From a virus, in the IMG/VR virus record IMGVR_UViG_3300043313_002348, positions 18,915 to 82,914 of that record: 64,000 nucleotides of DNA; one strand, written 5' to 3'. The notes beneath the pieces are model-generated. The model had not been told where the DNA came from and searched no databases. It was given only the letters and a program-made list of their open reading frames with translations. The stretch's first letter is position 1; each line of letters opens with the position of its first letter. Made by a program: the position numbers and the translations under genes. This document shows positions 37,958 through 44,619 of the stretch, in pieces.

Positions 37958-38419
37958 ATGTTCGAGGTGAAGAACGCGGCGGGAGTCGTCGTCCGGAGTC
38001 TGGCCACCGGAAACGTGCTGCTGGTCAGAAACCGACGCCGAGGTGTCTGGGAGTACCCAGGTGGTCTGGTGCACGTCGGGGAGACGCCGAGGTGGTGTGC
38101 TATGCGTGAGCTTCGCGAGGAGACCGGACTTCAACTTCGGATCAAGTGGATACTCGGAGTTGACCGAGGCCAGCGACACCTCTACCTGTGGCCACTGAAC
38201 TACCAGACGTACGCGGCGTGGGTTCCGGACGAGCTTGCTTGCGCGATCACGTTGAGCGCTGAACACTCGGCGTTCCGCTGGTTTACCGTCGAGGAGGCGC
38301 GTACCCACCCACTGGTGTGGGAGCGTGTGAGGGAGCGATTCGTCACGTACCTGAACGACGATCACTGGCCTACGGTGGGTGGCTGGAGAACTCCCAGTCC
38401 CGCGCGAGGTGAGGACTGA
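37958..38419 (+). CDS. NUDIX hydrolase
   Basis: WEYPGGLVHVGETPRWCAMRELREETGL Nudix box; SAEHSAFRWF. Confidence 0.9.
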   Translation: MFEVKNAAGVVVRSLATGNVLLVRNRRRGVWEYPGGLVHVGETPRWCAMRELREETGLQLRIKWILGVDRGQRHLYLWPLNYQTYAAWVPDELACAITLSAEHSAFRWFTVEEARTHPLVWERVRERFVTYLNDDHWPTVGGWRTPSPARGED

Positions 38420-38985
38420 TGTCAAGACGGGGTGCTAGTGTAACACTTCTCGTGGCGCTGACCGTACTCTTCACGTCCGCGGCGAAGGGATGTGAAAAGC
38501 CTAGGGACACGCAACCGAAGAAGTCCAGCGTGGTATGCCACTCGACGTCAAGTGTCAAGTGTTGGCCGACCTTGACGGTCTACGTCGACGACCGGACGGG
38601 TGACGCGTGGCCAGTCCGCGAGCAGGTGCAGAAGTGGGATCGATTGCTGAAACTTCACTTCCTGTACGGCCCGTGTCACCGTGGTGCTGGCTGCGTGAAG
38701 GTTGTCGAGCGCAAGATGGGCGACACGGGAGTTGGCGCTACCACAACCTACGCGTGCGGTAGCTGTGGAATCATCGACGACACCGTCGTGGTCGCCGTCA
38801 ACACGACGTACGGCGACTCACCGGCGGAAGTGAGGAAGCGGACCATCTGTCACGAACTCGGTCACGCCGCCGGGAAAACTGCCCACAACGCGGCCACGTG
38901 TATGGAACCGGACGTTTCGATCCCTAACGGATCACCGAATCCGTCATCCAAGGACGCCGCCGTGATCAACGCGGTGTACGCGTAA
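38419..38985 (+). CDS. lipoprotein with a matrixin-like zinc metallopeptidase domain
   Basis: Signal and lipobox-like AAKGC; HELGHAAG..H; CM Met-turn; P...D. Confidence 0.7.
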   Translation: MSRRGASVTLLVALTVLFTSAAKGCEKPRDTQPKKSSVVCHSTSSVKCWPTLTVYVDDRTGDAWPVREQVQKWDRLLKLHFLYGPCHRGAGCVKVVERKMGDTGVGATTTYACGSCGIIDDTVVVAVNTTYGDSPAEVRKRTICHELGHAAGKTAHNAATCMEPDVSIPNGSPNPSSKDAAVINAVYA

Positions 38986-39145
38986 GGTAAGAAAGATGTG
39001 AAGATGGTCAAAAGGACGAAGAAGGTGATCGTCACCGTGACCCGCCAGGACGGCAAGCAGACCATAAGCGTCGTCGACGACAAGACCGCCCGTCACCTCG
39101 AGAACCAGTGCCTGAGCGGACACGGCGACATCGCGATCGTGAACG

Positions 39146-39217
39146 TCGAACCCGCCAAGTAGGCGGGTTTGACAAAGTCTTCTCATTATGCTATGATGGT
39201 ACCATCAGGAACGAACG
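39146..39217 (+). promoter_or_regulatory. hairpin-overlapped cassette promoter
   Basis: GTCGAACCCGCC/GGCGGGTTTGAC stem containing TTGACA; -17-TATGAT; 31 nt identical to 37428-37458. Confidence 0.75.
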
Positions 39218-39318
39218 GCGCGAGGAACGGAGATCGAGGAAGATGATCCGCCAGCCACGCCCACAGCGTAGGTTGTGCCGTTCTACGGGAACACACGTTT
39301 CAAGGAGGAAAGAGAACC

Positions 39319-40455
39319 GTGACTGAAACCACCACTCCCACTGAGCTGCCCACGCGCACGTTCACGAGCCGGCAGGCCCCGTGGATGACCGTCGGCCACG
39401 TCATCGACGAGCCGGACGTGGACTCCCAGACCGCCGCTCGCCTGGGTGGTCTGGACTTCGACGTGAAGTTGTACCCGGCCGGGTTCCGGGTCGGCGACGC
39501 CCTCGACGCGGAGACCGGTGAACTTCCCGGCGTTCTACCGCAAGGTGAGATCGCCAAGCTGGCCGACGAGGTCGGGAAGGCTCCGAACGCGGAGGCCATG
39601 CGTAAGTTCGGTCGCCGGGTGCCCGAGCTGCTGGCGCACATCGCCGCGCTGTCCGGTCACACCGCGACCGACGCGAGGTGGGTGGCGTTTCACGGCCGCA
39701 ACGCCGTGGTGAACGAGACGACCCAGATGCCGTACGACGTGGTGTCCGGTGACTACGTGCCCGTGCAGTTCAGCGAGGCGTTCACGTTCATGGACGCGGT
39801 CAACCCGCGCTACGTCGCGGCCGGCACTCTTAAGGGTGGGCGGCAGGGATTCATGGTCGCGCAGCTCTCGGAGCTGACCTCGCTCCAGCTCGACGGCCTC
39901 GGTCCCGACGGCGACTCCGACCCGCATGACATGTTCGCCGTCCTGCGAACGAGTCACGACCGGTCGCGTGGTCTCGAGGTGGCGCTCATGGGCCTGCGAC
40001 AGCGCTGCATGAACTCGCTGGGTCTCCGCTCGTTCACGCGCGGCGCGCCGCAGCGGTGGTCGATCCGGCACGTCGGCGACGTGGCCTCGAAGCTGCAGGC
40101 CGCCCAGCAGGTCATCACCAATATGACCAACTACGCCGCCGAGTACGAGCGTATGGCGCGTCGGCTCGCGGAGACCGAGGTCCTCCTCAGCGACGCGGAG
40201 GAGATCCTGACTCACGCGCTCGAGGACCGACCGACCCGGGAGACGACCGTGAACTCCATCATCTCCGCGTGGAACTTGAGCCCGTACGTGGGCTTCAAGA
40301 ACACCGGCTGGGGGCTCACGCAGGCTGTGTCCGAGTACTTCGAGTGGGGGCGTGACACGAACGTCCGCACGGACCAGTCGCGATTCCTCGGGGTGCTGGA
40401 GGGATCGACCGCGAAGGCCGTGAACCGGGTGGCGCAACTGGTGATGACGCGCTAA
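39319..40455 (+). CDS. DUF932 phage/plasmid-like protein (TIGR03299-like)
   Basis: RQAPW..G, GGLDFDV, VSGDYVPVQ..EAF, AGTLKGGR, TSHD.S, RCMNSL, IRH, TGWGL.QAVSEY. Confidence 0.85.
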   Translation: MTETTTPTELPTRTFTSRQAPWMTVGHVIDEPDVDSQTAARLGGLDFDVKLYPAGFRVGDALDAETGELPGVLPQGEIAKLADEVGKAPNAEAMRKFGRRVPELLAHIAALSGHTATDARWVAFHGRNAVVNETTQMPYDVVSGDYVPVQFSEAFTFMDAVNPRYVAAGTLKGGRQGFMVAQLSELTSLQLDGLGPDGDSDPHDMFAVLRTSHDRSRGLEVALMGLRQRCMNSLGLRSFTRGAPQRWSIRHVGDVASKLQAAQQVITNMTNYAAEYERMARRLAETEVLLSDAEEILTHALEDRPTRETTVNSIISAWNLSPYVGFKNTGWGLTQAVSEYFEWGRDTNVRTDQSRFLGVLEGSTAKAVNRVAQLVMTR

Positions 40456-40466
40456 CGTCTGAACGT

Positions 40467-40509
40467 CGGACCTGACCCCTTTTCCCCCTCCGGAAAGGGG
40501 TCAGGTTCG
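40467..40509 (+). terminator. hairpin terminator
   Basis: CGGACCTGACCCCTTT/AAAGGGGTCAGGTTCG stem. Confidence 0.7.
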
Positions 40510-40543
40510 ACCCCGTTGGAGATCAAGTAGGAACGGAGATGAG

Positions 40544-40807
40544 ATGGACGAGTTCGACGAGCTGTTCAAGGTTGTGAACGTCAGCGCCGAAGATATCACG
40601 TTCGAGCGTGGTGGTGGCATCACCCGACGCTACCGCATCACACTCGAAGGTCAAGGAGGCCACGGGATCGGACTCACAGGTCTGATCGTGTACACGTACG
40701 TCAACGCTGACAGCTTGAACTCGACCGTGCAGGGGCGGGCGTGTCAACACCTCCTGGAGGCGTACGCCGACGACGCCGCTACGTCGACCAGCGGCGGTGC
40801 CAAGTGA
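40544..40807 (+). CDS. hypothetical protein
   Basis: GGAG RBS. Confidence 0.55.
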   Translation: MDEFDELFKVVNVSAEDITFERGGGITRRYRITLEGQGGHGIGLTGLIVYTYVNADSLNSTVQGRACQHLLEAYADDAATSTSGGAK

Positions 40808-41286
40808 TCTCCGCGGAGGAGGACGTGGAGACCTCCGAGACGGACGACAGAGATGATCCGGTCGCGTGGATGAGTCGTCCGGCTCCCTTCGGTCCGGCGT
40901 GTCGCGCCGCGCCCGCGGGTCTGTTCTTCACCCCAGACTACTTCTACGCCGACGAGGTAAAACCCGGTGAGCGTCCCGTGCGCGACTCACGTGGTCATCT
41001 CATCGAGTACGACGAGGACGGCGAGCGGATCTACCCACTCCCCGAGGAGTCGGTGTTCTGCCGGGCGTGTCCGGTTCACACCGAGTGTCTCGCCTACGGG
41101 ATCACGACCGACCAGCCGGGTGTGTGGGGTGGCATGACGCGGTACCAGCGTCGGCAGCTCGGTCGCCGCCGCACGCGCGTGTCGTGTCCATCTTGCGCGG
41201 GTAGGTTCATCGTCGTGGAAGGATCACACCAGCTCTGCCTCGCCTGCGGGGTGTCGTGGACGTACGTGAGAAGTGGTGTAAGATGA
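40804..41286 (+). CDS. WhiB-like protein with an insertion and a C-terminal zinc ribbon
   Basis: ACR..LFF..(insert)..FCRACPVHTECLAYG..GVWGG..QRR; CPSC..CLAC. Confidence 0.8.
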   Translation: MISAEEDVETSETDDRDDPVAWMSRPAPFGPACRAAPAGLFFTPDYFYADEVKPGERPVRDSRGHLIEYDEDGERIYPLPEESVFCRACPVHTECLAYGITTDQPGVWGGMTRYQRRQLGRRRTRVSCPSCAGRFIVVEGSHQLCLACGVSWTYVRSGVR

Positions 41287-41597
41287 CGAACATCCCGTCT
41301 CACACCGCGTCCGACGAGGAGAGGTGGATACTCGAGGTCACGTTCGACCCACCTAATGTGCAGGCACACGCCAATCCTGAACTTACGTTTCCTTATGATG
41401 AGGTAAGTCGATTTGTGACGTACCTCTCCGAGTACTGGAGTCTTCTTCCCGAGGAACTCCAAGAGTTTGTGCGGTGGGATAACGTGAAGTTAACCGCGAC
41501 GGCCGAACTGATCGACAACTTCGTCGAACCTCTTCGCTTTCTCATGATGCATATGGTGCCCCAGGAGTTCACTTTAAGGCGTGCTGGTGCACGTTAG
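41283..41597 (+). CDS. hypothetical protein
   Basis: ATG overlapping the upstream stop region. Confidence 0.5.
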   Translation: MTNIPSHTASDEERWILEVTFDPPNVQAHANPELTFPYDEVSRFVTYLSEYWSLLPEELQEFVRWDNVKLTATAELIDNFVEPLRFLMMHMVPQEFTLRRAGAR

Positions 41598-41607
41598 GTA
41601 GTGAGTT

Positions 41608-41636
41608 AAGACACCGCGGGTGGCTCCCGCTACGAT
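41608..41636 (+). promoter_or_regulatory. putative promoter of the Tas/array unit
   Basis: AAGACA-17-TACGAT upstream of the AGGAAGGGAG RBS. Confidence 0.45.
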
Positions 41637-41685
41637 CGCGGTATAGGAGAGAAATCCGAAGGAACTAGGAAGGGAGAACGTTAAG

Positions 41686-42723
41686 ATGACCGAGATCGAC
41701 TTTGACCCGATCGCGCGACTCAGCCGCGAGGCGCGCGCGATGGCGGTCGGCATCGACCGCGACGCGGCCAGGTACCTCGTGGACACGTACTACAGGTGGC
41801 AGCGGCAGCGGATCGCGTTGGGAAACCAGGTGCGGACGCTGGAGAACTCCGGACAACCTACGGGAGTGCTGGAGCACTTCGGCGACCAGACCGCGACACT
41901 CGAGCGGCAGATGATCTCCAGCTTGCTGGCGTGGGTCGAAGATCGACCCGAGGGAAAGTGGGCGCTCGGCCAACTGGGGATCGGACCCGTTCTCGCCGCC
42001 GGCCTGTCTGCACACATTGACATCCGTAGGTCGCCGACCGTCGGCCACATCTGGCGGTTCGCCGGACTCGACCCGACACTCACGTGGCTGGGTCGCGACG
42101 CCGCTACCGCTCTCGTCGCGGAGATGTTCGGAACGCAGCGATCGTTCACGCCGGAGGACGTCGCCACGCTCGCCGAGCGGGTGAACCGCAAGGCCGAGAA
42201 CCTCCTCAAGATCATACGCGACGCACCCAGCGACGAGGACGAGGACGTCGCGCTGACCGAGGACGAAGACGAGGTGTTCCCGCGCAGCCGCGTGATCGCG
42301 ACCCTCGCCCGGCGCCCGTACAACGCCAGTCTCAAGGTGTTGTGCTGGAAGATCGGCGACTCGTTCGTGAAGATCTCGAACCGACCAACCGACCAGCAAG
42401 ACCACTACGGTCGTGTGTACCGCGAGCGGAAGGCGCAGGAGGTGGCGCGTAACGAGGCCGGCGCGTTCGCCACGACGGCCACTCAGACCCTCGCGACGAG
42501 GCGCATTACGGACGTCGCGCTGCGACGTACGTACGAGGAGGGTAAGCTCCCTCCGGGGCGTCTGGACCTGCGCGCGCGGCGGGTAGCGGTCAAGCTGTTC
42601 CTGGCACACTGGCACGACGTCGCATATCGCGCCGAGTTCAACACGCCGCCACCGGCGCCGTACCCGATCGCGCATCTCGGGCACACTCACTACATCCCGC
42701 CGTTCGCACCTAAGCAGGGGTAA
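41686..42723 (+). CDS. TIGR-associated Nop-domain protein (TasA-like; IS110-related, no nuclease domain)
   Basis: Coiled coil YYRWQRQRIALGNQ; GQLGIGPVLAAGL..HIWRFAGLDP; PYNASLKVLCWKIGDSFVK; YGRVYRERK; ARRVAVKLFLAHW; no DEDD RuvC or HNH domain; array directly downstream. Confidence 0.85.
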   Translation: MTEIDFDPIARLSREARAMAVGIDRDAARYLVDTYYRWQRQRIALGNQVRTLENSGQPTGVLEHFGDQTATLERQMISSLLAWVEDRPEGKWALGQLGIGPVLAAGLSAHIDIRRSPTVGHIWRFAGLDPTLTWLGRDAATALVAEMFGTQRSFTPEDVATLAERVNRKAENLLKIIRDAPSDEDEDVALTEDEDEVFPRSRVIATLARRPYNASLKVLCWKIGDSFVKISNRPTDQQDHYGRVYRERKAQEVARNEAGAFATTATQTLATRRITDVALRRTYEEGKLPPGRLDLRARRVAVKLFLAHWHDVAYRAEFNTPPPAPYPIAHLGHTHYIPPFAPKQG

Positions 42724-42726
42724 CCG

Positions 42727-44162
42727 GTCGAGCCACGAGAACCGCGATAGTCTAGTGAGACATAAGAGTCGACGAGAACCTAGTTAGGGATCGAGTCGTA
42801 CGTGTAGAGAGAACCGGTTGATAAAGAACGAGTCGTAGTTGTAGAGGAAACTTTTCCATCGACGAACGAGCCAGCCGATCAGTGAGAACCGTGATGCCCA
42901 ATCGAGACGCATTTGATGGTGAGAACCTTATCTTGAGATCGAACCGAAGTGGTTAAGTGAGACAAAGAGCCCGACGACGGTAACGTAATGATAGATCGAG
43001 ACGTGGAACAAGATTGTAACGCTTGTGGTTCGGATCGAGACGAAGAGTTTGACTGTGACGTACAACAGGGATCGAGACGAAGAGTTAGATGGTAACGCAA
43101 CTCACGAGATCGAGATGAGAGTAAAGAGAGATCTGTACAAGCTGATCGAGATGAGCTACTTGACAGTTCCACTTTAGTCGATCGAGTCAAATCGAGACGA
43201 AGTACAAGATGGTAACACGCGCAAGTGATCGAGACGTTTGACCCGGACCGTAACGCGATCATGAGATCGAGACCGAAGAGACCGACTAGGTACCCACTAC
43301 CATGAGTGAATCGAGAGATAAGTTAACATCGTTTATGCCGAATGAAGACCTTGTCCCCATCACTAGTGAACCGCACGTAGATGATCGAGGCAATGCGGAA
43401 GAGAGAACTGATCAGAGCGATCGAGACGACATCAGTAAGAGAACCGTACCAGATGATGATCGAGGCGAAGCAAACGGCGAAAGAACCGTATCTCATGATC
43501 GAGACGATGAAGATAAGAGAACCAAAGTATCAGGTCGAGACACATAGGAATAAGATAGAACCGACGTATCCGATCGAGACGATTCTAGTAAGAGAACCGA
43601 ACGACGCGATCGAGACACACGTGAGAAAGAGAATCGACAGATGAGATCGAGACGAAGCTCTCGAAAGTGAACCTAAGAACTTGATCGAGACGGACGTAAA
43701 CTTGGGGAGAGCACCGGAGTAGGGATCGAGACGAAGGGATCGAAGAAGATTCGATAAACGAGATCGAATCCGAGGTAAAAAACGTGAGACGACCGTCATA
43801 AGAGAACCGTACTAAGTGATCGAGCGCTAATGAAGTAAGTGAGCCGGAGATACAGATCGAGACACTTCTTCGGAGCGAGATGGAATGGAGCTAGTGAGCC
43901 GACACTCCAGATCGAGTCGTACAGAGTGAGAGTTACCACGTCTGAATGAGCGAGTCGCAAGTACCTGAGAAATACCGGAAAAGTAAACGAACCGTAGCAC
44001 GAGTAGGCATTCATAACCCCTGTGAGTGAGTCAAAGTCAACGGGTGTCAAGAGAGCCAACTACCCGAACGTGGACGTGGATACGAACCGAAGATCACAAG
44101 AGTACCGATCCGCACGAGTGAGTCGTGGATCTCACGAGAGAACCGAACACCTCAAACGAGAT
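42727..44162 (+). ncRNA. TIGR-like dual-repeat guide-RNA array (~35-38 units of 36-39 nt)
   Basis: GATCGAGAC-like repeats start at 42789, 42826, 42864, 42900, 42937, 42994, 43033, 43070, 43108, 43144, 43180, 43227, 43265, 43383, 43419, 43458, 43497, 43533, 43572, 43608, 43645, 43683, 43724, 43762, 43818, 43855, 43910, 43948; a second repeat (AGAGAACC or GGTAAC) lies midway; variable ~9-11 nt spacers. Confidence 0.88.
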
Positions 44163-44205
44163 CGCGTGAAACCTGCGCCAGGACATCTGGCGTGGGTTCT
44201 CGCGC
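44163..44205 (+). terminator. hairpin closing the array
   Basis: CGCGTGAAACCTGCGCCAG-GACAT-CTGGCGTGGGTTCTCGCG. Confidence 0.6.
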
Positions 44206-44288
44206 ATTCTAAGACGACGTCGTGATTCAACGTCGTGCCGCGTGACGGTCACTCCGCTGAAGTGAGCTCAAGTGGCCGATGTTTCTTG

Positions 44289-44346
44289 TTGCACTGTGAT
44301 GTGACTTATGCTAGTCTAGTCGTAGCAGGTAAGGAACGAGGAAGGG
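44289..44346 (+). promoter_or_regulatory. cassette promoter
   Basis: TTGCAC-17-TAGTCT (TG extension); CAGGTAAGGAACGAGGAAGG. Confidence 0.65.
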
Positions 44347-44353
44347 AAGTACG

Positions 44354-44533
44354 ATGAACCCGATCACCGTCCAGGTCTACCGAAGCCTCTCCGTCACCGA
44401 CCTCGGCACCCAGATCTTGCAGATCGAGCGTCAGAACGCACAGGATGTCAGGCGAGGTCGTCGGGTGTCCGCCCACTCCGCCCAGGTGCTCAGCACCGCG
44501 AAGTCGATCTACCGCGAGCGCACCGTGCGCTGA
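44354..44533 (+). CDS. 59-aa hypothetical protein
   Basis: Read by hand: MNPITVQVYRSLSVTDLG...; promoter and RBS. Confidence 0.55.
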   Translation: MNPITVQVYRSLSVTDLGTQILQIERQNAQDVRRGRRVSAHSAQVLSTAKSIYRERTVR

Positions 44534-44619
44534 CCACCGCCGCCACTAACAGAAGAAGGTAGGTCATCTGAGGAGGTGGCCCATCTTCCGCACATCGAGG
44601 TCCTCGACGCGGTTGTGAC

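Noticed and set aside
39535-40437. Long antisense ORFs (also 3065-3871, 32266-33222, 41665-42690, 62446-63573)
   Set aside because: Shadow frames of high-GC genes, with no motifs.
41686-42723. Active IS110 insertion sequence
   Set aside because: No DEDD RuvC domain or catalytic Ser loop; followed by a multi-unit array rather than a single bridge-RNA end.
42727-44162. CRISPR array
   Set aside because: Repeats are only ~8-10 nt, come in two alternating types and are degenerate; spacers are ~9-11 nt; there is no cas operon.
42727-44162. Self-targeting of array spacers within this window
   Set aside because: Not established by eye; ~9-nt half-spacers need a computational paired search, so no claim is made.
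42879-44225. ORFs inside the array (42879-43262, 43302-43547, 43381-43644, 43530-43799, 43796-44059, 44022-44225)
   Set aside because: Their periodic peptides (IET..REP) come from a run of 36/39-nt units; 37- and 38-nt units elsewhere break the frame, and there is no clear RBS.
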